From contig CAVYNY010000018.1 of the NCBI GenBank assembly GCA_963769935.1, forward strand, positions 224,001 to 288,000: DNA of 64,000 bases. The letters are read 5' to 3'. Position numbers and translations under genes: made by a program. This document shows positions 9,476 to 19,483 of this stretch, one piece after another. This stretch comes from an uncultured delta proteobacterium (GTDB lineage Bacteria > Desulfobacterota > Desulfobacteria > Desulfobacterales > JAFDCJ01). Under the pieces are notes generated by a model. It saw only the letters and a list, made by a program, of their open reading frames with translations. It was not told the origin of the DNA and made no database searches. The first letter of the stretch is position 1, and each line of letters starts with the position of its first letter.

Positions 9476-10597
9476 TTACTGAAATAATTCCCGGTATACG
9501 GCCCGCTTCTCTTTGGACCACCTTGGACAAAATGCGGGCTTGCCCTGCATCACCAGCTGCATACAGGCATCACATTTGGAACTGCAATTTAATATCGTCT
9601 GATCCCGGCCGCTGCGCGCCTTTTGCGGCCACTGCGGGTCCACCCACAGCACGCGCGCCAATCCGATCAGGTCCGCCTTTTGGGATTGCAGTATGGATTC
9701 CGCCCTGGCCGGGGTTGAAATCCGGCCCGCGGCAATCACCGGCACGTTGACCATTTTTTTGACGGCGCCGGCCAGCCCAACCATGTAGCCCGGTTTTTTG
9801 GATTTTTGGACGACCTCCGGCAGGTAAAACGATTCATAGGTCCCCCCCATGGTCGAAATATAGGCAATACCGTTTTGCGCCAGGGCCTGGGCCAGGACAA
9901 GGGACTCCTCCAGCCTCAGGCCGTCCGGCAGCCATTCTTCGGCCAGAAAACGATATCCCACCGGAAAATCCCCCACGGCATCTTTAACGCGTTTTAAAAC
10001 TTCCAGGGGAAACCGGATCCGGTTGGCAAGCTCCCCGCCGTAGCCGTCGGTACGTTGATTGGTTCGCGGCGATACAAACTGGGCCAGCAGGTAGCCGGTA
10101 CCACCATGCAGCTCCACGAGATCGAAACCGGCTTTTTTCACTCTTACCGCGGCATTGGCAAACTGTTTGGCAATGGTTGTGATTTCTTTGCGGGCAAGCG
10201 CCCGCGGGGTTCTATTGAAGGCCGCCACCGCCGAAGGCGCCACCGGATCGGCAACATGGGCAAAACGCCCGGCATGATTTATCTGCAGGCCGGCCCGGCT
10301 CTTTTGGTCTTTGATCGTTGCGGCCAGCTGGGCCAGATCGGGTAGGCAGCGATTGTGGTCACAGCGGATCGTTCGCGGCGAGCCGCTGCCGCCCGGCGCA
10401 ATACTGACATTTTCGACCATGATCATGGCGGCCCCGCTTTGGGCCATGAGTTTGTAATGATACAGCAGCAGCGGCGAAATCTTGCCGCCGGCAGCGGCAT
10501 ACCCCAGATAGAGCGGCGCCATGGTAATACGGTTTTTAAGCTTTAAGCCGTTTAATTTTATGGGCTTAAAAAGGTTCGGATAAACGGTGTTTTTCAT
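9476..10597 (-). CDS. NADH:flavin oxidoreductase (old yellow enzyme family)
   Basis: LKNRITMAP, QINHAGR, AGFDLVELHGGTGYLLAQFVSPRTNQRTDGYGG, C-terminal Cys cluster. Confidence 0.9.
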   Translation of the reverse strand: MKNTVYPNLFKPIKLNGLKLKNRITMAPLYLGYAAAGGKISPLLLYHYKLMAQSGAAMIMVENVSIAPGGSGSPRTIRCDHNRCLPDLAQLAATIKDQKSRAGLQINHAGRFAHVADPVAPSAVAAFNRTPRALARKEITTIAKQFANAAVRVKKAGFDLVELHGGTGYLLAQFVSPRTNQRTDGYGGELANRIRFPLEVLKRVKDAVGDFPVGYRFLAEEWLPDGLRLEESLVLAQALAQNGIAYISTMGGTYESFYLPEVVQKSKKPGYMVGLAGAVKKMVNVPVIAAGRISTPARAESILQSQKADLIGLARVLWVDPQWPQKARSGRDQTILNCSSKCDACMQLVMQGKPAFCPRWSKEKRAVYRELFQ

Positions 10598-11162
10598 TTC
10601 GGTCTCCCTTTTAACGGCTGCACTTCCGATTCTTTAATCTCATGATCTTTCAGGCCGTAACAAATTGAGTGGGTCTGCCAGGCTAGCCCTCATAGCGGCA
10701 GCTTTCAAGCTCCGGAGCAAAACAACTTTGTGTGAAATTTCCAACATGGAATCTTTATCCACAGTTCCAACATATTTTTCAAGTTTATTTTTTGCGACGG
10801 CATGAATATTATCGGCCTGAATAATGGACGGCTTTGGCAGATTGACCTTTTGACAGGCACCTACCTCTGTTGCTTTTTATTGATTTTATTGAATCTTTCG
10901 GTCATGGTTTTAATTTGATTTCCGGATTTTTCCAATAGAAACGACCGGAACCCAGGGAATACAATTAATCATGCCGGCCTGGGTTCATTTGATCTTGACA
11001 CCCATCTCCAGCAACCTTATGTTTTTGCACAAAATGTAAATAGTTAACATGCCAAAATCCTCTGCGGGCCGGAGACAAGATTTCCCACCGGAACATAGGC
11101 ATTAGCAACGCTCCGGGCTGGAAGCGGGGCCGAAACCCCCAACTTGTTCAAGGGCACTATAA

Positions 11163-11966
11163 ATGAAGAAGCCGTATTTGACCGCCGTCCTTTGGGCACT
11201 GCTGCTCATGGCCTGCGCCACAAGTCCGACCGGAAGACATCAGCTCATGCTCGTCTCGGAGGACACGGCCATTTCCGCCTCCAAGGAGGCTTACGTCGAG
11301 ATGCTGAAACCTTATGCCCAGCAAGGCAAGATCGACAACGATCCGGCATTGAAAAAGCGTGTCGATAATATTGCCGGCCGTTTGATTGCTCAGGCCATCA
11401 AGATGCGGCCGGAAACAAAAAACTGGGAATGGAGCATCAAGATTATCGATGATCCCAATACGGTCAACGCCTGGGCCATGGCCGGCGGCAAAATGGCCCT
11501 TTATACGGGTCTTGTAGATAAAATCAAGCCGACGGATGACGAGCTGGCCCAGGTCCTCGGCCATGAGATTGCCCATGCCCTGGCCAAGCATACCGCCGAA
11601 AAGATGTCGGTGGCCATGGTCAGTTCCATCGGAGTGATGGCGGTGGGTATGGCGGCGGACAGCAAGGGCTTGGCCCTAAGCGGGGCGGGGCTGGCCGCCG
11701 CTTTGGCCGTAGAAAAACCAAACAGCCGCGCCGCAGAATCCGAGGCGGATCGTATCGGGATCGAACTGGCGGCCAAGGCCGGCTATGACCCGCGGGCGGC
11801 GATCACCCTGTGGCAAAAGATGGCCAAGGTCGGCGGCAAGGGTCCGCCTCAATTTCTCAGCACCCACCCGTCTCCTGCCAATCGAGAAGAGAAGCTCGCC
11901 GAGTACGTACCCGAGATGATGCCCTATTACGAACAGAAGGGAGATCGTCCGGTTTACAAACTGTAA
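11163..11966 (+). CDS. M48 family metallopeptidase lipoprotein
   Basis: Lipobox LMAC; NAWAMAGG, HEIAH, ESEADRIG, FLSTHP. Confidence 0.92.
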   Translation: MKKPYLTAVLWALLLMACATSPTGRHQLMLVSEDTAISASKEAYVEMLKPYAQQGKIDNDPALKKRVDNIAGRLIAQAIKMRPETKNWEWSIKIIDDPNTVNAWAMAGGKMALYTGLVDKIKPTDDELAQVLGHEIAHALAKHTAEKMSVAMVSSIGVMAVGMAADSKGLALSGAGLAAALAVEKPNSRAAESEADRIGIELAAKAGYDPRAAITLWQKMAKVGGKGPPQFLSTHPSPANREEKLAEYVPEMMPYYEQKGDRPVYKL

Positions 11967-11985
11967 CCAGATAAGGAGAATACCA

Positions 11986-12516
11986 ATGGGAATACCCAAG
12001 CCGCTAAACAAAGCGCAGGCGCCGGTCGAGCTGCATAAAATCTACGATGCAATGCAGGAATCCATCGGAAAAATGCCCAATGTTTTTGGAGTCGTCGCCA
12101 GGTTTCCGGCGGCCCTGAAAACACTCATTCAATTTTACGATGCGGTCATGAGCAAGGGCAAAATAGAGGCCAAATACAAAGAGCTGGCCTATCTGAAAGC
12201 ATCCAGCATAAATGCCTGCCGCTACTGAACCCTCTTTCACACTGCTTCGGCGAAGCAGATCGGCGTAACCGATGAACAAATTGAGACGCTGCGGTTTTAC
12301 CAGCGCAGCGAGGCCTTCGATGAAAAAGAAAAAACCACTATTCGCTTTGCGGATATTGTTACCCGCGGGGCAGCGGCGGTCGACGAGGCCGTGCTGGCGT
12401 ACGTCGGAAAATATTATTCCGAGGATGAAATTGTTGAGCTGACGATGGTGATTGCCCTGGCCAATATGGTCAATCGGATCAACGATGCTCTGGAAATCGA
12501 GCCCGATATGGGGTGA
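11986..12516 (+). CDS. AhpD/carboxymuconolactone decarboxylase family selenoprotein (Sec at TGA 12226-12228, motif C-R-Y-U)
   Basis: The frame continues past TGA as TLFHTASAKQIGVTDEQI...YSEDEIVELTMVIALANMVNRINDALEIEPDMG* (176 aa). TGA occupies the second Cys of the AhpD CxxC motif and a hairpin follows. Confidence 0.88.
12242..12258 (+). promoter_or_regulatory. Putative bacterial SECIS element
   Basis: CTGCTTC-GGC-GAAGCAG perfect 7-bp stem with a G-containing loop, starting 13 nt after the UGA. Confidence 0.7.
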
Positions 12517-12682
12517 GGTTGAACGGGAATTCCGTCTAGAGATTACAAATCAGATTTCTCAGTAGAAAAACATAAATAATTTCGAATACATACACGGCGT
12601 TTTAAATGTTTTGCCACGTTGGGTGGAATATTTAATAAGCCGTCCCGAAACTGATAAGTTGTTACAATGAAGCTGTGTATAA

Positions 12683-13094
12683 TTATATTTTAAATTCAGG
12701 CTGACGTTTTTCTTTAAAGGCCAGCATGCCCTCTGCGGCCTCATTGGTTCCCCAGAAAAAAGTCAACAGCTCCATCCCGGCTTCCACACTAGGGGACAGC
12801 ATGTCGTAGTAGACATTGTGCATTCATGGTTTTAAAGTCCATGAGATAGGCCCGCCGCTCGGCAGCACCGGCTTTGGTCAGCGACAACAACTCTTCCAGA
12901 TCTCCGCCGGCACACCAGGCTTTGCCGGCACCCTTTAGAACAACGACCCGCACATCGGTCTTGGAGTCGGCTTGTTTTAAGGCCGCTGTCAAATCCAGGA
13001 CCAGTTGCCGATTGAGGGCATTGAATACCTGCGGGCGGTTAAGGGTCAGGTAACAAATACCGCTTTTCGCTTCGTAGATGACGGTCGAGTCCAT
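12683..13094 (-). pseudogene. Enoyl-CoA hydratase/crotonase gene with a large internal deletion
   Basis: N-terminal ~90 aa (LTLNRPQVFNALN, AWCAGGDL) joined out of frame near 12823 to a crotonase C-terminus (MHNVYYDML...EAAEGMLAFKEKRQPEFKI*). Confidence 0.75.
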
Positions 13095-13155
13095 GGTCGT
13101 TCCTTTCCTGAAATTGAATTTATAACATCTGGGGATGAAGCCCCTGACTCATACC

Positions 13156-13809
13156 CTATACCATTTTTTTGTCGGGTTCCGGCAGGCGGCGAATGAGAAG
13201 CAGCGCTGCCAGCGGGATAAAAGCGACGCAGTTTAAAACCGATCGGATCCCGAAAGCATCGGCCATCTTGCCGGTTAAAGGCAACAATAACCCTGCTGTG
13301 CCCAGGGCCAAGCCCATGACGATGCTGGACACCAGAGAACGCCCCCTGGTGGCTACCTTTTGAGCCAGCGCCACGGCAGGAAATAAGGTGGCCAGGAGAA
13401 GGAATCCGGATACAAATGCAAAGGGATAAATTTGCCGTCCATCAGCATTGATGAACAGCAGGATGCAGGGCGAAGAGAAAACAAAGGAAAAAAAATAAAC
13501 GGGTTTAAAGCCAATCCGATCCACCAGGTGGCCACAGACAAGAGCACTAAGGGCGCCGCCAACGGTAAACAGGGAAACGATGGTGCCTACCGACATCAGC
13601 GAGTGTCCTTCTGCGGCCGTCAGGACCGGTATGAAGGTCAGAAGGGACTGCTCCACGAAAGCTCTGGAAAAAGCGATCGACCAGATAAATAAAACCGGTT
13701 TCCATACTTCACCGATACTCTCCTTTAGCAAACCGATAAAATCACTTCCGGTACGGTCGGCATCATCTGGGGCCGGTATCAAGAAGAAAAGAAAAACAAA
13801 GACCACCAC
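13156..13809 (-). pseudogene. C-terminal half of an MFS transporter (Fsr-like); N-terminal half missing
   Basis: About 6 TM helices with GHLVDRIG and GKMADAFG motifs; begins in the central loop, fused directly to the SDR remnant. Confidence 0.7.
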
Positions 13810-14486
13810 CCGGGCAACTTCTGCCGCCGCGCCACACGGTTTAAGGGGCTCTGGGCGCGAATGGCATCTCCCTCGGGGCCGGCGAGCACGGATGCCGCCA
13901 TCTCGGTTTCCACAAATCCGGGAGCCACGGCGTAAATGAAAATATTATGAGGGGCCAGAGCCTGGGCCATGGATTGGCTGAAGGCGTTGAGTCCGGCCTT
14001 GCTGGCACCGTAGGCCGGGGCGTTCGGCTCACCCCGGAAGGCACCCCGCGAGGTGATGTTGATGATTTTGCCGCCGCCGGTATTCAGCATGTGGCGGGCC
14101 ACATGAAAAGACAGATGGGCCGGTCCCATCAGGTTCGTAGAGACGGTCCTTTCCCAGCTCTGCCGCCACTGCTCGAAAGAGCTCGTGGCAACCGGATGAA
14201 ATTCATACACCCCGGCATTGTTGACCAGCACATCGATTTTACCCATTTCATTCACCGCTTTTTGCGCCAGGTCGCCGACCGCATTGGCATCGGCCAAATC
14301 CGCCTGCAAAAGCAGGTGAGAATTGTCCGGAACGTCCGCCAGGGTTTGCTCGGCGGCCCTGCGGTCTTGATGATAATGTGCCACGAGGCGGACACCCCGT
14401 TCGGCAAACTGGCGGGCAATCTCACGTCCAATTCCGCGGGACGCCCCCGTTACCATCACCACTTTGCCTGAAAAATCTGTTCTCAT
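13800..14486 (-). pseudogene. SDR family oxidoreductase (FabG-like), frameshifted and truncated at the C-terminus
   Basis: TGASRGIG, NNAG, YGASK; after PLNRVAR the expected AEVARVVVF lies in another frame and runs into MFS sequence. Confidence 0.75.
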
Positions 14487-14562
14487 CTTTATAGTGTCCT
14501 TCACGAATAGGGATGAGGTTCTGAGACGGACGCGGTCGAATTGCACTCGATTACCGTCTAGG

Positions 14563-14934
14563 TCATTGCTGTGGGATATAAATATTTTCTCTGTTTTTAC
14601 CCGAAGTTGCCGGTGACGCCGGGGCAATATCAGAAGGTAGCTTGCAACCGCACGCGGTTCGTGCAGCAGTTTCCAGACGGCGATCCCAGTAGAGGGTATC
14701 GCCTTTTTCACAGACCCAATGTCGGTGATAATGGTAGCAGCGGATGCGAATCCCCTCCGCTGGACAGGTCATGAAATATTCCCCCGATCCGTAATAGTCC
14801 GAAGGTTTGTGCTCAAAAACGATCTCCCTGCAATCTTCCGCCAGACCGCTTCCGGACAGGCTGCCGACCAACCAAAAGTGAAAAAACAGAAAGAAATAAA
14901 ATGTGGAACGCGATTTAAAAGGCCAAAATTCCAT
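14563..14934 (-). CDS. Hypothetical secreted Cys-rich protein
   Basis: Hydrophobic N-terminal signal-like segment ending GLA-E; six Cys in the mature part. Confidence 0.55.
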   Translation of the reverse strand: MEFWPFKSRSTFYFFLFFHFWLVGSLSGSGLAEDCREIVFEHKPSDYYGSGEYFMTCPAEGIRIRCYHYHRHWVCEKGDTLYWDRRLETAARTACGCKLPSDIAPASPATSGKNRENIYIPQQ

Positions 14935-14987
14935 GCCTGTTTCTTCATCCTCTCCCAATGATCATTCTATGTTGGGCGTTTAACGCC

Positions 14988-16538
14988 TCAGCGTGATTCG
15001 ATGTTTATCTTTTCAGCTCCTCCCACAAACACCTTGCTAATCTTGATGCCGGCTAATTGTTCGGCATCCACGGTGAAAGGATCAGCGCTTAGAACAACCA
15101 GATCCGCCAGCTTCCCCGGTTCAATTGTTCCCTTTTCCTTTTCCTCAAATGCACTCCAGGCGGCGGTGGTGGTGAACATTTCAAGGGCTTCATAGCGGGT
15201 GACGCGCTCATCCGCGTTGGGGTGATTGACCGCTGCCTGTATCCCGGCCAGGGGGTTATAAGGGGTCACCGGGCTGTCCGATCCGCCGCAAATGGCAATC
15301 CCGTGATCCAGGATGGTGCGGTAGGGATGGACCCGCTCGAGTCTGGCGGCACCCAACAGGGTCGCATAGAATTGCATGTTCTGTTGGCCGATGAAAGCCG
15401 GAATGAAGGCCGGCTGCATGCCGGTTATAATGCCGGCTTTGGCCATCCTTTCAATCTGGTTGTGGGTCGGCAGTTCCAGGTGTTCGATGCGGTGGCGATG
15501 GTCGGTCCTGGGAAAATCCCGCAGCGCCTTTTCCATGGCCCACAACACCTGCTCAATCGAGCGTTCGGATTCGCAGTGAACCGCGATCTGCAGCCCGGCC
15601 CGGTTGGCTTCCAGGATGAATTGGTCCATGGTTTGCTGATTGTAGGTTAATTCACCGTAGTTGTCGGGTTCATCCGCATATGGTTCGAAAAGGGCGGCGG
15701 TGTGCGCCTCAAAAGCACCGTCCGCACAAATGCACCCGCCCACCCGGGGCAGGCCCAGATCCCGCACCTCACTCAGATCCATAGACTGGTTGTAGCAGAC
15801 AACCCTCAGCGGAAGTTTGTCCCGGTGCGCCCAGATCACAGCGGTGTCTCCCGGTCCCAGATCACCGCCGTCCAGGGCGTGCAGGGTGGTGATGCCACTG
15901 CCCAGCGCCATTTGCGACGCCTGCTGCAGGAATTCAATCTTTTCATTTTCCGCGACAAGTCTGCTCATGGCCGGATGAACAAAGGTCAGGATACCCGGAT
16001 CGCGAATGACTCCGGTGAGTCGGCCGGCCGCCTGGTCCACACCGGCAAGCGCCAGCGGCGGGTCGATCAGCGCCAGGCCCCGGGAGTTAAAAGAACACAT
16101 GTGGCAGGTGGCATGCAGGATAAAAACCGGATGCTCCGGGCATACCCGGTCCAAATCGGTGCGATCGGGCATCCGCTTTTCGGCAAGGTTCTGTTCGTTG
16201 AGAAAACTGCCCCGGATCCAGAAACCATTGGGGGTTTGCCTGGCCGCCTGCTCAATTTTTGCCAGCATTTGATCGATATCTTCAACATCATTGAGATGCA
16301 CGGCGGCGGCCATCAGGCCCGTCAGCATCATATGCTCGTGGGTGTCAATAAAACCGGGCACAACGGTTTGGCCCTCGAAATCCAGCACCGGCCACCCCTG
16401 CGCGACGAAACTTTGAACATCGGCGTTGCTGCCGACCCTCAAAATCCGCATGCCTTCAACGGCCAGCGCCTGCGCACGGGCGTCCTTGTTCTCCATGGTA
16501 ATGATGTTGGCGTTTTGAATGATAAACCGTTCTTGCAT
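14988..16538 (-). CDS. Amidohydrolase 3 family protein (YtcJ-like)
   Basis: VVPGFIDTHEH, HRIEH, GGSDSPV, GTIEPGKLADLVVL; start trimmed to ATG 16538 (GGGAG RBS). Confidence 0.9.
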   Translation of the reverse strand: MQERFIIQNANIITMENKDARAQALAVEGMRILRVGSNADVQSFVAQGWPVLDFEGQTVVPGFIDTHEHMMLTGLMAAAVHLNDVEDIDQMLAKIEQAARQTPNGFWIRGSFLNEQNLAEKRMPDRTDLDRVCPEHPVFILHATCHMCSFNSRGLALIDPPLALAGVDQAAGRLTGVIRDPGILTFVHPAMSRLVAENEKIEFLQQASQMALGSGITTLHALDGGDLGPGDTAVIWAHRDKLPLRVVCYNQSMDLSEVRDLGLPRVGGCICADGAFEAHTAALFEPYADEPDNYGELTYNQQTMDQFILEANRAGLQIAVHCESERSIEQVLWAMEKALRDFPRTDHRHRIEHLELPTHNQIERMAKAGIITGMQPAFIPAFIGQQNMQFYATLLGAARLERVHPYRTILDHGIAICGGSDSPVTPYNPLAGIQAAVNHPNADERVTRYEALEMFTTTAAWSAFEEKEKGTIEPGKLADLVVLSADPFTVDAEQLAGIKISKVFVGGAEKINIESR

Positions 16539-16566
16539 GTGACGCTCCCGCTGAAGGTATTCCGGA

Positions 16567-17571
16567 TCAGGCTGTTTTTTCCCGGGTTTGGGGTCCGGAC
16601 TGCAACCGGCCGGCGCCACGCCCTCTGAACCGCGCAATGCGGCTGTCGACCCAATCGATAAACTGCATCAGGCCGCCCGGAAAGAATAAAATGATCGCAC
16701 ATATCAATGCGCCCAACAACGCCAGGCGCAGGGTGCCTGCCAGGCGCAAAAACTCGTTGCCGAAAACAATGATGACTGCCCCGAGCACCGCCCCCGGAAA
16801 TCGTCCGACGCCGCCCATTTCCATCATGGCGATGGTTAAAAGAAAGGGCTCGATCGCCAGCGTCGTCGGGGAAATGTCACCCAGATAATGCACGTAGAAT
16901 CCGCCCGTAATTCCTGTCAAAAAGGAGACCAGGGCAAAGACCTTAATTTTTTCTTTGTATTCATTGACCCCCAGCGCCGTGGCAAAGTCTCTGGAATCCC
17001 TTAAGGCTACAAAAGCCAGGCCCGTCGACGAATGGATGACTTTGTATATGATGGTGAGGATAAACAAAAATAGAACAAATGTAATATAATAGCTCTGCAT
17101 CCGGGTGATGCCTTCAAAAAGCGGCGGAATATCGTGAAGCCCCATGGCGCCGCCGGTGATCGAGCGTGTCTGGGTCAAAATGGTGGGCAAAGAATCGGCA
17201 AATATCAGAGACAGCAGCGCTATGTAGATTCCGCTTAACCTCAAGGCGGGCAGGCCGACAAAAAACGTTACCAGCACCATGCTGGCCAGCCCCCCCAGCA
17301 CGATGCAAAGCCAGGGCGACCAACCGAAAGTCTTGCACAATATGCCCGAGGCATATCCGCCGATCGCAAAGTAGCCGATATTGCCCAAAGAAAATATCCC
17401 GGCGTAGCCCATCAGCAAATTCCAGTTGGATGCCACCAGGGCCCAGATGAAAAAAAGAATGAATATGTGCATGATATAGGAGTCGCCGTGGATAACCGGG
17501 TAGATGGCGACGAACACAAGGCCGAGCATAATCCCAATTTTTTTCCAGTTAAAAAATTCTGACATCATCAT
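16567..17571 (-). CDS. livM: Branched-chain amino acid-type ABC transporter permease (LivM-like)
   Basis: WNLLMGYAGIFSLG, LRLSGIYIAL, multiple TM segments. Confidence 0.85.
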   Translation of the reverse strand: MMMSEFFNWKKIGIMLGLVFVAIYPVIHGDSYIMHIFILFFIWALVASNWNLLMGYAGIFSLGNIGYFAIGGYASGILCKTFGWSPWLCIVLGGLASMVLVTFFVGLPALRLSGIYIALLSLIFADSLPTILTQTRSITGGAMGLHDIPPLFEGITRMQSYYITFVLFLFILTIIYKVIHSSTGLAFVALRDSRDFATALGVNEYKEKIKVFALVSFLTGITGGFYVHYLGDISPTTLAIEPFLLTIAMMEMGGVGRFPGAVLGAVIIVFGNEFLRLAGTLRLALLGALICAIILFFPGGLMQFIDWVDSRIARFRGRGAGRLQSGPQTREKTA

Positions 17572-17598
17572 CGAGCATACCTGCAATTAAATTCAGTA

Positions 17599-17730
17599 TG
17601 GAATAATGGAATGATGAAAAAATGGAATATTGGTTATAAGCAGCGGATGACATCCTGATTTTAATTTCTGATAAGATCTACCAGTATAAAAATAGATTTC
17701 ATTCCCCCAAACCCATTATTCCAATACCCC
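17599..17730. repeat. Short-period repeat/inverted-repeat element between livH and livM
   Basis: TGGAATAATGGAATGATG...TGGAATATTGG with complementary arm CCCATTATTCCAATACCCC. Confidence 0.65.
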
Positions 17731-17798
17731 ATGGCATTCGTTTACGGCAAAGCCTGCTTTCTCGGACATCGTCCAGAGGATCAAGCATTCAATGTTAG

Positions 17799-18668
17799 TT
17801 AGAGCGTTCGTCCACCCGCCAGGCCCTGGGGGCGCAAAAGAAGGATGATTACAAAAATAACAAACCAAACCGGCCAAACCCAGAGGGAACCCAGGTAAAG
17901 GGTCACGAGGGCTTCGGCGATCCCCATGACAAAGGCCGCATAAACAGCCCCGGTGGCGCTGCCCAATCCCCCGAGCACGACGATCACAAATCCTCTGACC
18001 ATCCAGTCCCAGCCGATGTGAGGGGTCATATAATATTTTGTTCCCAGCAGAATCCCGCTGAAGCCCGTCACCACCGTGGCCAAGGCAAATGCATAGCCGA
18101 ATATCTTGTTGATGTTGATGCCCACGATTCTGGCACCATCCATGTCCTGGGCCACGGCCCGCATGGCCTGGCCAAACCAGGTCTTCTTCAGGAAAAGGTT
18201 TAAGGCGATAATAAAGATAAAAACAATGCTGATCAGACTGATATCGTGCCAGTTAACCCGCACGAATCCGATCTTGAGGCTTCCGTCAAAAAATTCCGGA
18301 ATGTGCTTGACTCGGGGCCCGAATGCTTGCAGGGTCAGGTTTTCCAGGAGAATCCCCATGCCGAGAAGAAAAATGATCGTTGAAAATTCCCAGTTGGGGG
18401 TTTTGAGAAGCGGGTTGATGGTCGCCTTGAAAAGCATCAGCCCGAAAAAGAACATAATGACCATGGCAATCAGCGCGGAGGGAATAAAACCAAGGCCGGT
18501 TTGGTTCAGGAAAAACCAGGTAAAGTAGCCGCCCAAAACCGCCACGATGCCGTGGCCGAAATTAAATACGTGAATGACGCCGTAAATGATGGTCAACCCC
18601 AGCGCCATGGTGGCATAGAGGGAACCCGATATCAGGCCGCTTAGCAGTGTATTGATAATATCCCTGAT
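17799..18668 (-). CDS. livH: Branched-chain amino acid-type ABC transporter permease (LivH-like), probable ATC start
   Basis: ALGLTIIYGVIHVFNFGHG, GQAMRAVAQD, LGGLGS; homology extends upstream (IRDIINTLLSGLISGSLYA) to an ATC 6 nt after AGGAGG. Confidence 0.85.
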   Translation of the reverse strand: MRDIINTLLSGLISGSLYATMALGLTIIYGVIHVFNFGHGIVAVLGGYFTWFFLNQTGLGFIPSALIAMVIMFFFGLMLFKATINPLLKTPNWEFSTIIFLLGMGILLENLTLQAFGPRVKHIPEFFDGSLKIGFVRVNWHDISLISIVFIFIIALNLFLKKTWFGQAMRAVAQDMDGARIVGININKIFGYAFALATVVTGFSGILLGTKYYMTPHIGWDWMVRGFVIVVLGGLGSATGAVYAAFVMGIAEALVTLYLGSLWVWPVWFVIFVIILLLRPQGLAGGRTL

Positions 18669-18754
18669 GGCACACCTCCTGTTGTGGACTGAAGCCGCTG
18701 TCTTTTCCGGCGGATGCAGTAATTTTTTTTACGACCTGCCGGATATTTCACGGG

Positions 18755-19483
18755 CTAAAAGTAGGCCTTTTCAATCTCAGCCTTGCTGATTTCAGCGGCC
18801 GGTTTTTCCATGACCACCTGGCCTTTTTTAAACAGATAGACCCTGTCGGCCAATTTCAGCGAATAATCGACTTCCTGTTCAACAATTAAAACCGTCATAT
18901 CGGTTTCACTTTTTATCTTTTCAATGGCCCCAAAGACCGTCTTTTTCATAATCGGCGACAATCCGATGGAAGGCTCGTCGATCAGCAGCAGGGACGCCCC
19001 GCTCATCAAGCCGCGACCCACAGCCAGCATCCGGCTTTCGCCGCCGCTGAGCGTTGCTGCAATCTGGTGCTGGCGCTCCTTAAGCCGGGGAAACAGCGCG
19101 AAAACATAGTCCAGGTTTTCATCGACGTTGGCGCGGGCCTTGCGGTTGTAAGCACCAAGCCTCAAATTTTCCAGAACCGACATGTCCGTGAAAAGATTCC
19201 TGGCTTCGGGGATATAGGCAATGCCCCGTTCGACGATTTTCTCGCTGGGCATGGCCGCGATGTCTTCCCCCATATATTTGATCGAACCTGCGACCGGGGG
19301 GTGAAGGCCGGCAATGGCCTTTAAAAGCGTGGACTTGCCGTGCCCGTTGGGACCGAACAGCGCCACCACCTCGCCTTCATGGAGTTTCAGGGACGCTTTT
19401 CGCAAGACCTGGAGCTCACCGTAAAAACTGTCAACCGCCTGGATATCCAGGGCGGTTTTAGCGCCGGCCTGGTTTTGACTCAT
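18755..19483 (-). CDS. livF: ABC transporter ATP-binding protein (LivF-like)
   Basis: GPNGHGKST, LSGGE, DEPSIGLSP, IVEQ. Confidence 0.9.
   Translation of the reverse strand: MSQNQAGAKTALDIQAVDSFYGELQVLRKASLKLHEGEVVALFGPNGHGKSTLLKAIAGLHPPVAGSIKYMGEDIAAMPSEKIVERGIAYIPEARNLFTDMSVLENLRLGAYNRKARANVDENLDYVFALFPRLKERQHQIAATLSGGESRMLAVGRGLMSGASLLLIDEPSIGLSPIMKKTVFGAIEKIKSETDMTVLIVEQEVDYSLKLADRVYLFKKGQVVMEKPAAEISKAEIEKAYF

Noticed and set aside
14487..14711. N-terminal extension of the SDR ORF
   Set aside because: It overlaps the upstream gene; SDR homology and the RBS point to ATG 14486
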